NCBI RefSeq assembly: GCF_028368995.1
Contig: NZ_JAQNDL010000001.1
Span: forward strand, 864,001 to 928,000
DNA length: 64,000 bases
Origin: Nannocystis bainbridge
GTDB taxonomy: Bacteria; Myxococcota_A; Polyangia; Nannocystales; Nannocystaceae
Direction of reading: 5' to 3'
Made by a program: the position numbers and the translations under genes. Below, piece after piece: positions 38,676-48,574 of the stretch; position 1 is the stretch's first letter; every line of letters starts with the position of its first letter. Under the pieces are notes generated by a model. It was not told the DNA's origin. It ran no database searches and saw only the letters and a list, made by a program, of their open reading frames with translations.

Positions 38676-40916
38676 TCAACCGCCGAGCGCGATCGTCAGC
38701 GCGTGGCGCACCGGCGCGCCGGCGAACTGCAGCGATGTCACTGCCTCGCGGATGCAGCGGTCGAGCGGGTGCCGCTCGTCGACCGAGACGTGCTGGACCT
38801 CGAGCAGGCGCGTCGGCCCGCCGACCTCGAGCGACAGCACCAGCCGCCTCGGCGCCCCCGGACACGCGCGCAGGCGCGGCGCCAGGGCCTCGACCGCGGC
38901 CACCACCTCGGCCCGCGTCGGCCCCGGTTTCGGCGTCACGGCCGGCGACGGGGCGACCGCCGGCGGCGCGGCGCTGGTCGGCGGGTCCGGGCTCGCCGGC
39001 GGCGTCGAACCTGTCCACAAGGACATGGCGAAGAAGCCAGCCACGGCGAGCGCCGCCGCCCCGAGCCCCAGCCCCCAGCCCAGGCGGGCGCCGCCGGCTC
39101 GCCTCGCGGGTGTCCTCGAGGACATGTCCCTCCAGGCAGCCGCGGACGCGGCCACCGGTGCGGCCGCGCGCGGCCGCGAGCCCGTCGCCGCCGCCCCGGG
39201 CGCCCGCTCGCCGCGATCGCTGTGGAGGCTGCGCAGCGCGTCGCGCTCGGCGCGGAGCAGCTCGAGCAGGCCCGTCATCGAGCCGACCCGCTGCTCGGGG
39301 TCCTGGGCCAGGATGTCCTGGAAGTCCGCCGCCAGGAACGTGTCCTCGAGCTGCGGCGCGGCGACGACCACGTGCTCGCGCAGGCGCTCGGCGCCCTCGC
39401 CGGGCTCGGCCGCCAGCAGCTCGCGGATCACCGCGTTGGGCATCTGCGCCCCCGTGATCAGCATGAACAGCACCGCGCCGAGCGAGTAGACGTCGCTGCG
39501 CTCCGACTTGGCGCCGCCGGTGAACAGCTCGGGCGCGGCGAAGGCCGGGTGGCCGTACGCGCGGCCGTCGTCGCCGCGGTGGCGGGGCGTCGGCGCGTAG
39601 CGCTGGTCGGTCGCGGCGTAGAACGCGTCGAGGAAGCGGCACTCGCTGAGGTCGATGATGCGCGGCCGCGGCGGCAGGCTGCGCTCGAGCATCAGGTTGG
39701 TGAAGCTGATGTCGCCGTGGAGGATGCCGCGCGCGTGCGCGTCGTGCAGCGCCTCGGCCAGCTCGATCACCAGCTCGACCGCCGCCAACGGGTCCATCGG
39801 CCCGCGCTGGATCGTGCGCGCCAGCGGCTCGCCGTCGATCAGCTCCTCGACCAGGTACCACGAGCCGTCGTCGTTGTAGTCGCACTCGTAGATCCGCGGG
39901 AAGGCGCGATGGCTCAGCTTGTCGAGCGCCATCGCCTCGCGGCACAGATCGGCCAGCACCGGGGTGCGGGCCAGCGCGCGCGGCAAGATCTTGACCGCGA
40001 CGTCGCGCCCGAGGATGTGGTGATGCGCGCGCCAGGTCTGCCCGCACTTGCCCTGCCCGAGCAGCGTGCGCAGCTCGAGCCGGCGCGCGTACAGCCGCGG
40101 CGGCGCCGTGGCGCTGCAGCGGGTGTCGCCGGCGTCGCTGCAGCCCGGCTGTTCGAGCGGCGCCGGCGTCAGGTCCGGCGCCAGCGGCCACACCTGCGGC
40201 TCGGGCAGCAGCACCGGCTGCGTCGCCGCCAGCTTGTGCGGCCACACCTCCATGCCCGCGGCCAGCCAGGCCGCGCGCAGCTCGTCGGCGCGCAGCTGCG
40301 GGTGACCCTCGACGTCGGCCGCGAGACCGAGCACGCGGCGCAGCGGCTCGGGCACCGGCTCGGCCGGATCGTCGCGGTCCATCAGCGCCTTGAGCGTGCG
40401 CCCGAGCTGGGCCAGATCGGCGCGCGACGAGCGGGCCCCGCTCGCCTCGTCCGCATCGGTCTGCGGCGCCGTCAGCAGGCGCGCCACGCCGGCGTCGCTC
40501 CAGCGGATGTTGCGGGCCGTGACCGCCCCGTGGGCGAGCCCGTGCTCGTGCAGGCACATCAGCGCCTCGGCGATCTGCAGCCCGACCTGCCACGACGTGT
40601 CGATCGCCAGCGGCGCCTGCGTCCACCGCTGCGCCAGCGACACGCCGCCCTCGTCCTCGCGCACGAAGTACGGGTGACCGTCGCCGCCGACCCCGTGATC
40701 GACGACCGGGGCGATGTACGCGTGGCGCAGCGCCGCCAGCAGCTTGGCCTCGCGCCCGAACCGCTCGGCCGCCGCGGCCCCGAGCGCGTGCTGCAGCGAC
40801 ACCACCTGCACCCGCGTCCGCTCGCGCTCGTCGTGCGCCACGTACACGCTGCGCCCCGGCTCCTCGTCGATCCGCTCGACCAGGCGGAACCGCGGCGAAT
40901 CGGGCGCGACGGACAT
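38676..40916 (-). CDS. Membrane protein with two tandem Ser/Thr kinase-like domains (first degenerate)
   Basis: Domain 1: F.REAKLL..L.H, HGAVTARNI. Domain 2: LGQGKCG, VAVKIL, HGDISFTN, IIDLS, APE, DVYSLG. TM segment near the C-terminus. Confidence 0.85.
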   Translation of the reverse strand: MSVAPDSPRFRLVERIDEEPGRSVYVAHDERERTRVQVVSLQHALGAAAAERFGREAKLLAALRHAYIAPVVDHGVGGDGHPYFVREDEGGVSLAQRWTQAPLAIDTSWQVGLQIAEALMCLHEHGLAHGAVTARNIRWSDAGVARLLTAPQTDADEASGARSSRADLAQLGRTLKALMDRDDPAEPVPEPLRRVLGLAADVEGHPQLRADELRAAWLAAGMEVWPHKLAATQPVLLPEPQVWPLAPDLTPAPLEQPGCSDAGDTRCSATAPPRLYARRLELRTLLGQGKCGQTWRAHHHILGRDVAVKILPRALARTPVLADLCREAMALDKLSHRAFPRIYECDYNDDGSWYLVEELIDGEPLARTIQRGPMDPLAAVELVIELAEALHDAHARGILHGDISFTNLMLERSLPPRPRIIDLSECRFLDAFYAATDQRYAPTPRHRGDDGRAYGHPAFAAPELFTGGAKSERSDVYSLGAVLFMLITGAQMPNAVIRELLAAEPGEGAERLREHVVVAAPQLEDTFLAADFQDILAQDPEQRVGSMTGLLELLRAERDALRSLHSDRGERAPGAAATGSRPRAAAPVAASAAAWRDMSSRTPARRAGGARLGWGLGLGAAALAVAGFFAMSLWTGSTPPASPDPPTSAAPPAVAPSPAVTPKPGPTRAEVVAAVEALAPRLRACPGAPRRLVLSLEVGGPTRLLEVQHVSVDERHPLDRCIREAVTSLQFAGAPVRHALTIALGG
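39010..39140. repeat. Two short 14-bp unit arrays flanking the TM-coding region of the dual kinase
   Basis: Perfect units at 39012 and 39111; cores at 39010/39024/39038 and 39109/39123/39137. Confidence 0.75.
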
Positions 40917-41020
40917 CCCCGGAGCGTGCCCGGTCGGACCCGCGAACGCAATTGCCGGCGCGCGGCGGCCGCTGTGTTGCGTCGCCGCGTGGCGAGGTTG
41001 TGGTATGTCTTCGGGGCGCG

Positions 41021-41977
41021 ATGAATCCTTGCCTGTGCATCGTCCTGGCCGCCCAGATCGCCGCAGGCCCGGCCCCCACGGCGTCGTCGCCTTCGTTTGG
41101 CCAGCTCGAGCGGCGCATGCAAGAGCTCGTCGAACAGGAGAGGTTCGAAGAGCTTGCGCGCGACGGCGAGTCGGCGTTCGCGCGGGTCGACCTGGAGCCG
41201 TGGCAGCGCCGCGAGCTCGCCTTCTACGCGCTGCGCGGCTACCACCGGGTGTTCGCCGCCACCGGTCAGCCCGCGGGTCTGTGCCGGGCTCGCAATTTGT
41301 TGCGTCGCGTCGAGCGAGAGGTCGGCCTCGGCGAGGACGCGGCGATCGCCGCCCGCCTGCGCGACGTCACCGAGACCGACCTCGCCAGGCAGGGCCCCAA
41401 GGATCCCTGCGGCAAGCCGCGACCTGCTGCCGCCAGCGCCCCGCCGACGACGCCGGCCCAGCTGTTGCCGGTGCAGCGCAAGCCGGCCCCCCCGCCCGCG
41501 GTCGACGACGGCCAGCCGCCGCTGCTCGCCGTCTCGCGGACAAAACCCGCCAGCGCGCCCGCGACTGCGCCCACGCGGCCGACCCCCGATGTGCCGCCGG
41601 CCCAGCCCGACCCGGCCCCGAGCCCGCGCAACCGGATCCTCGCCGGCAGCCTGCTGCTGGTCGCCGGCCTCGGCCTCGGCGCCGGCACGGCGGTGATGCT
41701 GCTGCGCCGCAGCGAGGCCAACGGCGAGATCGTCGAGATCGGCGAGACCGTGTCCGCCCAGAATCGATGGCCCACCGACGCTGAGCTCGCGCGCGCCAAC
41801 CACCTCGCCGACGTCTACCGCGACCTCACGCCCGCGGCCGGCGTCACCGGGGCGGTGGCCAGCATCGCGGCCGTCACTGGCGTGGTGCTGCTGGCCGTCC
41901 CGCAGCGCCGACGCGCCACCGCCCGCGTGTCGGCGAGCCCGTGGTCGGCGATGCTGACCATCACCGGCCGGTTCTGA
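41021..41977 (+). CDS. Secreted protein: helical/TPR-like N-domain, Pro-rich linker, C-terminal hydrophobic segments
   Basis: Signal-like MNPCLCIVLAAQIAA; ends MLTITGRF, similar to the ending of 12941-13960. Confidence 0.7.
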   Translation: MNPCLCIVLAAQIAAGPAPTASSPSFGQLERRMQELVEQERFEELARDGESAFARVDLEPWQRRELAFYALRGYHRVFAATGQPAGLCRARNLLRRVEREVGLGEDAAIAARLRDVTETDLARQGPKDPCGKPRPAAASAPPTTPAQLLPVQRKPAPPPAVDDGQPPLLAVSRTKPASAPATAPTRPTPDVPPAQPDPAPSPRNRILAGSLLLVAGLGLGAGTAVMLLRRSEANGEIVEIGETVSAQNRWPTDAELARANHLADVYRDLTPAAGVTGAVASIAAVTGVVLLAVPQRRRATARVSASPWSAMLTITGRF

Positions 41978-42057
41978 AGCCGCGCCGGCGCGGCGAATGG
42001 CATGAGTCGATCCGCCGCGCCTCGTGACATTGGCGACACGACGTTGCAGATCCAAGG

Positions 42058-42077
42058 GACATGTCCCTTCGGACAGC
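42058..42077. repeat. Perfect TGTC-N6-GACA unit (intergenic)
   Basis: TGTCCCTTCGGACA at 42062. Confidence 0.7.
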
Positions 42078-42434
42078 ATGAGCGCCCCCCGCGCGAATCG
42101 CCCCTGCGGCCGCTCGCCCGCGCGCGCCGGTGACCCCCGCGTGTCCCCAGGATCCCCCGTCGGAGCATTTCCGCGCCGCGCGAAATCATGACACGCGCGG
42201 CCGCGCACCTCTGCGCGAGATGTCGATAGCGCGGCCTGCCACGAGTCCGGCGGCGCGACCCGCCGCGCGGGCCCGACATTGACACCGCGCGGTCAATCGC
42301 CGGAGCACCGCCAAGCGGCGTCGAACACGGGTCTGCCGCGCGATGGACCGCCGACGAACTCGTGTGCGCCCTCGAAGTCACGCGCTCGTCGGCCCGCGAA
42401 CTCGCGAGGCTCGGCTACCCTGTTGTTCGCGGAG

Positions 42435-44102
42435 ATGCAGCGGCGCGCCTTCCCCAGCCTCCCGGGCATCGTCGTGCTCGGCGTCGCGGCCTGCACGGCG
42501 CCCGGCCTCGGCAACCTCACCCACGACCCGCCGGCGCAGGAGTCCGCGACGGGCGCGAGCGGCAGCGCCAGTGAGGACGGCCCGGCGACCACCAGCGAGC
42601 CCGCGCCGCCCACCGGGACCACCAGCGAGGACCCCGCGACCACCGCCGTCGGCAGCACCACCACCGAGGGCAGCAGCAGCAGCTCGAGCGGCAGCAGCAC
42701 CACCACCGAGGACGATCCGTCCGCGCCGCCCGCGATCGTCGACGGCGGTCTCGGCCCCGATCCGCTGCAGCAGCCCGGACCCGTGAGCGTCACCATCGAC
42801 ACGGCGCACGCCGACGGCGTGCGCATGCAGGTCGACGGCGGCCCGGTGATCGAGCTCGGCCCCGCCGAGGCCGACGCCTTCACCGGCGAGATCGTCGTCT
42901 ACACCGCGCTCGACAACGGCCCGCACTTCGCCACCTTCGTCGCCTGGCGTGGCGAGCTCGAGAGCGAGGCGCTCGAGCTGCCGTTCACCGTGGCCCTGCC
43001 GCCGATGGGCAGCGAGCTGTTCTGGGAGGGCGACAACGCCATCGGCCAGGGCACCGTCATCGCCCTCGCCGTCACCCCTTCGCACCACCTCATCGAGCTC
43101 GGCACTTATTATCCCCAGGGCGATGCGCGCTGCTACTTGCGCCGCCGCAGCCTCGGCGGCACCTGGGCCGACGGCGACCTGTTCGAGGTCAAGCCGGGCC
43201 TCAAGTGCAGCGCCATCGACCTCGCGGTCGACGACGACGGCGCCCTGCTCGTGCTCGTCGACAAGCTCGAGGGCGGCGAGCTGCGCTGGTGGCTCGGCAA
43301 GTACGACGCCTGGGCCGGCCAGCCCGTCAACGTCGGCGCTGGCGTCGTCGGTGACCGCGCCCGCGCCCTCGCCCGCACCGGCGACCGCGCCGCCGTGTGC
43401 GGCACCCGGCCCAAGGGCAACACCGTCACCGCCACCGCCTGGATGTTCGCCTCCGGCGGCGGGGCCGGCACGATCGTCACCTACGATTATTTGCCCCCCA
43501 CCCAGCCGCCCCTGCCCCTCGAATTCAGCGAGACCCCCAACGATTGCACGTTCCTCGACGATCGCCTGTTCATCACCGGCGAGGTCAAGGGCAAGCACGA
43601 GCAGGACAACGTCATCCGCGTGAAGCACTTCCTGCTCGAGTCCGGTTTCGCGGGCGAGGACCCGATCTGGAAGCTGGCGGCCTCGGGCTTCAGCCAGGGC
43701 GGCGGCCGCGTCATCACCACCGACGGCGACTCGCAGGTGATGACGGGCGGCTACTTCTGCGGCGATCAGTGCGACCCGCTCTCCGAGCTGCGCATGTTCG
43801 CCGGCGGCCAGCAGGTCTGGCGCCGCTCGCTGGACCCGCTGCTGCTCGACCCGCGGGCCCTCGCCTGGCACCCGGCCGGTTACGTCGTGTTCGTGGCCTC
43901 GCGCCAGCTCGAGAAAGACGTCACCTCGTTCTTCGCGCAGGCGTGGTTCCCGCTGAAGAACCAGTCGCTGTGGACCTACGAGCATCAGGACGGGCCCACG
44001 ATTCACACGCCCACCGCCCTGGCCATCGGCCCCTATGGCCAGATCTACGCCGGCGGAATCACGGCAGGCGGTTACCCCGCCGTCGCCATCATCGCCCCGT
44101 GA
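42435..44102 (+). CDS. Hypothetical lipoprotein (Ser/Thr stalk, Ig-like domain plus probable beta-propeller)
   Basis: GGAG before ATG 42435; VAAC lipobox; repeated (A/D)LA(V/I)xxxG blade-like motifs. Confidence 0.75.
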   Translation: MQRRAFPSLPGIVVLGVAACTAPGLGNLTHDPPAQESATGASGSASEDGPATTSEPAPPTGTTSEDPATTAVGSTTTEGSSSSSSGSSTTTEDDPSAPPAIVDGGLGPDPLQQPGPVSVTIDTAHADGVRMQVDGGPVIELGPAEADAFTGEIVVYTALDNGPHFATFVAWRGELESEALELPFTVALPPMGSELFWEGDNAIGQGTVIALAVTPSHHLIELGTYYPQGDARCYLRRRSLGGTWADGDLFEVKPGLKCSAIDLAVDDDGALLVLVDKLEGGELRWWLGKYDAWAGQPVNVGAGVVGDRARALARTGDRAAVCGTRPKGNTVTATAWMFASGGGAGTIVTYDYLPPTQPPLPLEFSETPNDCTFLDDRLFITGEVKGKHEQDNVIRVKHFLLESGFAGEDPIWKLAASGFSQGGGRVITTDGDSQVMTGGYFCGDQCDPLSELRMFAGGQQVWRRSLDPLLLDPRALAWHPAGYVVFVASRQLEKDVTSFFAQAWFPLKNQSLWTYEHQDGPTIHTPTALAIGPYGQIYAGGITAGGYPAVAIIAP

Positions 44103-44120
44103 AGCGGGCCCGCGATCGGA

Positions 44121-44138
44121 CCTGTCCCTCGGGACAGG
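44121..44138. repeat. Perfect TGTC-N6-GACA unit at a convergent junction
   Basis: CCTGTCCCTCGGGACAGG, an extended inverted repeat. Confidence 0.8.
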
Positions 44139-44154
44139 GATCCGCGAGCGCCGC

Positions 44155-45231
44155 TCACTGCGGGATGAAGGCCGAGCAGGCCTGGCTGATCCGGTCGGTC
44201 GCCACGTCGAACGCGGGCCGGTAGTCCGTCTCGTCGTTGTCGGCGATGTGCCAGTACGGGAAGTAGTATTTGACCAGATCGCACACCGTGTCCCACGGGT
44301 TGCAGTCCGGCTTTTGAATGCTGAACATCACCACCGAATCTGGGTCGCCGTGTTTGGCGCCGGTAATGGCATCGGCCCACTGCTTCGGCGTGCCCTCCGA
44401 GTCGGTGTCGGGCGTGTTCGAGATGAACGTGACCATCAGCAGCGCGTCGTCGCGGAGGAAGCCCGCGTTGCAGCCGCCGGGCTCGTTGAGCGCCGGCGAC
44501 ACCGCCGCCGTCACCGCCTCGCCGAGCTCGTCGTCGCCGCTGAGGCCGATCTGGGCCAGACACGCGAAGGTCCCCTGCAAGTCGGGCTGCTCGCGGGTGA
44601 GGTAGCGGCGCCCGCCGACGACCCCGCAGCTCTCATTGGTCGCCGCGTCGCCGGCGGGGAAGACCGTGCCGGCGCCCATCGTCGCGTCGCAGGCCGAGGC
44701 CTCGGCGACCGCGTCGCACGGATAACCCGGGTACGGGCACGCCTGGCAGGCGGCGTTGCACGCGGCGCTGCCCCACGTCTCGTCGCCGTCGACGACCATG
44801 ATGTGATAGTCGAAGTCGGCGAACTTGCTCTCGATGGTGGCGATGAAGTGCGGGAACGCGTCGATGAGCCGCGCCTGCATGTTCTCCATGTAGCCGAGGC
44901 GCGAGATCACGAACAGGAAATCGATCTTGCCGCGGCAGCCGACCGGGTGCGGATCGCCGAGGTCGGGCATCCCGAGGTCCTGCAGCGGCGTGGTCGTCGA
45001 AACCTCGCCGGTGGTGGTGCCCGTCGAGCTGTCCTCGGGGACAGGCTCTCCGGTGGTCGTCGAGGTGGTGCTCGTCGAGAGCTCCGGCACCTCGCCCGTC
45101 GACGCCGGGGCGGTCATCGCCGGCGGGACGGCGAACGACGACGCGGCCGGATCGGGGCCCTCGCAGGCCGCCGTCAGCAGCAGGCTCGCCAGGGCCAGCC
45201 GAGCGGGGCTGCGCCGGCGCTCCGCGGACAT
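44155..45231 (-). CDS. Lipoprotein with a degenerate vWA-like domain (KIDFLFV family)
   Basis: TAAC lipobox, Thr stalk, GCRGKIDFLFVIS..M...Q..L, DYHIMVV, CNAGFLRDDALL. Start taken at ATG 45231. Confidence 0.78.
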   Translation of the reverse strand: MSAERRRSPARLALASLLLTAACEGPDPAASSFAVPPAMTAPASTGEVPELSTSTTSTTTGEPVPEDSSTGTTTGEVSTTTPLQDLGMPDLGDPHPVGCRGKIDFLFVISRLGYMENMQARLIDAFPHFIATIESKFADFDYHIMVVDGDETWGSAACNAACQACPYPGYPCDAVAEASACDATMGAGTVFPAGDAATNESCGVVGGRRYLTREQPDLQGTFACLAQIGLSGDDELGEAVTAAVSPALNEPGGCNAGFLRDDALLMVTFISNTPDTDSEGTPKQWADAITGAKHGDPDSVVMFSIQKPDCNPWDTVCDLVKYYFPYWHIADNDETDYRPAFDVATDRISQACSAFIPQ

Positions 45232-46093
45232 GTCCGCAAGGACAGCCGAAGACCCTCCCCCGTCGGCGGTGAGCGCGGCGGCGGGCAGTTCCAGTGGCAA
45301 TACGGTAGGGTTTGGGCTCTCGCTGGCCGCCGGCGCGGCCACGACTGCACTCATTCCCCGCACGTCCCCAGCTTACCCCGACCGGGCGCAACCGCGCTGC
45401 GCGGAAGCGTGAGGTTCGAGGCTGCACATCGGCGCAGGGCCGCGCCTCAACAGTCCTTCGAGACATGTCCCGAAGTCTCAATCGTGACGATGTTCTCGCC
45501 GCCGAACCGTCGCCAGCCGCCGTTCCGACGGCGAGACGACCCATTGCGGCGCCGCGGCCCCACGCCCGAGGTTCGGGCCCTGGATCCACGAATCGGCAGC
45601 GGCGATCGGATCGCCTCCGCATCAAGGATTTAATAGTGCTGCACGCGGCGGAGAAGCGCGGCGCCCCGGGATCGTGCGCCGGAGCCGAACGGCCGCGGCA
45701 CCGCCTGTCCCGAGGGCCAGGTGAGAATCGCCGGAGCGTCGACCCCCGCGCTCGCGCCACTCCGACCAACATCATTCAGGCCCTCGCTCGCCGGCCGGCG
45801 ATTCGCTCCTCTTGATCCCAAGAGGCCGCCTCTGCCGGACCGTGGCCAGCCGGACCTGCCGACTGCGCGATTTCACCCATCTTGCCGAGACCGGCGAGCT
45901 CCGCATCCCGCGCACTCCTGGCAAGGCTTCCGGGCCGACTCTGGAGCTCACCGACGCCCGGAGACGCCCCGCGGACCTTCGCTCGCCCCGATTGTCCCTC
46001 GTAGCCCCCGATCGTTGGGCTCCGGGCTTCCTCGATGGGTGGCAGGCGGATCCCTGGACGGGCCAGCCCGCGACATGATAGTTTCGCCAGGTT

Positions 46094-47152
46094 ATGAAGC
46101 TTTGCGACGCCTGTCATCGTCACGTGCGCGCGAGCGACGGCGCCTGTCCGTTCTGCGGTCGCTGCCTGCGCACCACCGCGGCCACCCGCCTCGGCGCGGT
46201 CGTCTTGCTCGGCGCGCTGGAGACGGCGTGCAGCGGTCGGCCGGTCGAGGAGACCGCCGGGGACACGACGGCGCCGACCAGCAGCAGCAGCAGCGACACC
46301 TCCAGCAGCGCGCCGACCAGCTCGTCCTCCACGACCACGACCACGACGACCGCGACCGTCACCTCGACCGGCGATCCATCGGCGACCCAGGCCAGCAGCA
46401 CCGGCGAGCTCTCGAGCACCGGCGACATCGACACCAGCGACACCGGCTGCAGCTTCTATGGCGGCTGCCCGGCCGACTTCGCCAACACGATCGAGTGCAG
46501 CACCTTCGCCCAGGACTGTCCCGAAGGCCAGAAGTGCAGCTCGAAGCAGGTCGGCGATCAGTTCTTCGACGCGACCGAGTGCGTCCCGATCGCGCGCGAC
46601 CCGGACCAGCCGGGCCAGCCGTGCACGGTCGAGGGCTCGCCCAACTCCGGCCTCGACTCGTGTGAACTCGGCAGCATGTGCTGGCACGTCGACGCCCAGA
46701 CCCTCGCGGGCACCTGCGTGAGCCAGTGCGCCGGCACGCCCGACGACCCGGCGTGCCCTGCCACCACCACCTGCGTCCGCTTCAACGAGGCGCTGCACCT
46801 GTGCCTGCCGACCTGCGACCCGCTGGCCCCCGCCTGCGCGCCGGACGAGGTGTGCGCCCCCAACTCCTTCGACGCCAACGCGCTGTTCGTGTGCGTCGCG
46901 GACAGCTCGGGCGACGGCGGCGCCGAGTTCGAGCCGTGCGAGTTCGTCAACGCCTGCGACCTCGGCCTCGCGTGCCTGGACTCCGCGCTGGCCACCGAGT
47001 GCGATCCGCTGGCCTCCGGCTGCTGCCTGACCTACTGCGACCTGAGCGCGCCGACGTGCAGCGGCGCCGGGGCCGAGTGCACGCCGTGGCACGAGGACAG
47101 CCCGGCCCCGCCCGACCTCGAGAACGTCGGCGTCTGCGCGCTGCCGACCTGA
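46094..47152 (+). CDS. Cys-rich putative lipoprotein with N-terminal CxxC-RHV-CPFC leader and a single FYG motif; candidate splicease substrate
   Basis: MKLCDACHRHVRASDGACPFCG, hydrophobic stretch ending TAC, S/T stalk, SFYGGCP (Y122), then a Cys-rich domain homologous to 58628-59593. Confidence 0.85.
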   Translation: MKLCDACHRHVRASDGACPFCGRCLRTTAATRLGAVVLLGALETACSGRPVEETAGDTTAPTSSSSSDTSSSAPTSSSSTTTTTTTATVTSTGDPSATQASSTGELSSTGDIDTSDTGCSFYGGCPADFANTIECSTFAQDCPEGQKCSSKQVGDQFFDATECVPIARDPDQPGQPCTVEGSPNSGLDSCELGSMCWHVDAQTLAGTCVSQCAGTPDDPACPATTTCVRFNEALHLCLPTCDPLAPACAPDEVCAPNSFDANALFVCVADSSGDGGAEFEPCEFVNACDLGLACLDSALATECDPLASGCCLTYCDLSAPTCSGAGAECTPWHEDSPAPPDLENVGVCALPT

Positions 47153-47158
47153 CGCTGC

Positions 47159-47251
47159 GACATGTCCCCCGGGACATGTCGACTCATTGCATGGACATGT
47201 CCTCGAGGACATGTCCTTTTGGCGCGCGAATAAACCGTCCCGAAGGACAGG
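47159..47251. repeat. 14-bp unit arrays at a convergent junction
   Basis: Perfect units at 47163 and 47198; cores at 47161/47175, 47196/47210, 47234/47248. Confidence 0.88.
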
Positions 47252-47254
47252 CGC

Positions 47255-48574
47255 TCACGCGACCGGCACGCCGGGCCCGAACGGCATCACGTCGCGACCG
47301 ACGCGCGGGTCGTCGACCGCCACCGGCCCGCGGGCAGCGGCCTCCGGATCGGTCGCCTCCCGGACCACGCGATACAGACCGTGGTCGAACGGCAGCCCGG
47401 GGGCCGGTGCGACCGGCTCGATGCGCTCGCGCAGGCCGGCGCGGCCCAGCTCGAGCGCGCGGTGATGACAGTACGGATTGTTGCCCGGGCGGCCGAGCAG
47501 CGGCTCGCTGGTGGCCGAGCAGCCGGCCAGGCACACATCATTGTAATAGCAGTCGCGGCAGTACCCCCAAAGATCGTCCACGGTGCGCACGCGGGTGAAC
47601 TGCAGCTCGGGCGCGTCGGCCCAGATCTCCGCGAGCGGCCGCTCGCGCACGTTGCCGGCCACGTTGGCCGGGCCGCCGAGGCTGGGACAGCCCTTGATCG
47701 TGCCGTCGGCCTCGATCCCGAGCGCGTGGCGGCCGGCGATGCAGCCCTTGTAGTGCCCGCCCGCCTTCTGCCGCCCGCGCAGCTCGGCCTCGAGCGGCCC
47801 GAAATAGCCGAGGTTGTTGGCCGGGAACAGCCGCAGCCCGTGCGGCGCTGCGCGGGCGATCAGCTGCTCGATCACCGCGAAGACCTCCACCATCATGAAT
47901 GGTTGCAGCAGGATCTCCGGGTGGTCGGCCGCGTTGCCGAACGGCGCCGTGATCTGCAGCTGCCAGCCGCCGATCTTCTCGGCGATCAGCAGCTCCGCCA
48001 GCGCCGCGAGCGTCGGCAGCGTGAGGCGGTTGATCTGGGTGTTGACGGCCCGTCCGACCCCCGCCGCGCGCAGCCGGGCCAGCGCCGCGAAGGCCCGATC
48101 GAAGCTGCCGTGGACCCCGCGCAGGGCGTCATGCGCGGCCCGGGTCCCGTCGATCGACACGCTGACGCTGCGGATCCCCGCCTCTGCCAGCGCGGCCACC
48201 CGCGCCTCGGACAGGTTGAGCCCGCCGGTCGTCATCGTGCAGTCCATGCCGGCGCTGCGGATCGCCCGCGCGATCAGGATGAAGTCGTCGCGCAGATACG
48301 CCTCGCCGCCGATCAGCGTGACCTCCCCGATCCCCAGCGCGCGCAGGTCGGTGACCAGCGCCAGCGCCTCGTCGGTGGTCAGCTCGCCGTGACGCGCCGC
48401 CCCGGCCCGCGACCCACAATGGAGGCACTTCTGATCGCACTTCAGCGTCAGCTCCCACACCGCATAGCGCGGCGTGGGCACCTCCCCGGCGATTCGCGTG
48501 AGGGCGCGGCGATCGTCGGGCCGCGGCAGCGAGGCCACCACCGGCAGGCGGCGGCGATTGTCACGCAGGCTCAC
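47255..48574 (-). CDS. Radical SAM/SPASM enzyme, PlpX-like (splicease / nif11-class peptide maturase family)
   Basis: YAVWELTLKCDQKCLHCGSRAG (CxxxCxxC), EVTLIGGEAYLR, MTTGG, VSVSIDG; SPASM GCIAG..LGIEADGTIKGCPSL, YCRDC..C.AGC, GNNPYCHHRA, PFDHG. Confidence 0.9.
   Translation of the reverse strand: MSLRDNRRRLPVVASLPRPDDRRALTRIAGEVPTPRYAVWELTLKCDQKCLHCGSRAGAARHGELTTDEALALVTDLRALGIGEVTLIGGEAYLRDDFILIARAIRSAGMDCTMTTGGLNLSEARVAALAEAGIRSVSVSIDGTRAAHDALRGVHGSFDRAFAALARLRAAGVGRAVNTQINRLTLPTLAALAELLIAEKIGGWQLQITAPFGNAADHPEILLQPFMMVEVFAVIEQLIARAAPHGLRLFPANNLGYFGPLEAELRGRQKAGGHYKGCIAGRHALGIEADGTIKGCPSLGGPANVAGNVRERPLAEIWADAPELQFTRVRTVDDLWGYCRDCYYNDVCLAGCSATSEPLLGRPGNNPYCHHRALELGRAGLRERIEPVAPAPGLPFDHGLYRVVREATDPEAAARGPVAVDDPRVGRDVMPFGPGVPVA

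Noticed and set aside
45364-46093. ORFs in the divergent region upstream of the putative splicease substrate (possible small RiPP precursor)
   Set aside because: No convincing short ORF with a YG core or ribosome-binding site; only isolated 14-bp units near 45464 and 45704.
46515-46532. Motif-like sequence in QDCPEGQKC codons
   Set aside because: Explained by conserved protein sequence shared with the paralog; the perfect hit at 59253 may have the same explanation.
47171-47216. GGACATGTCC matches the p53 half-site RRRCATGYYY
   Set aside because: Judged coincidental: array ends show the unit is TGTC-N6-GACA, and no p53-like protein is evident.
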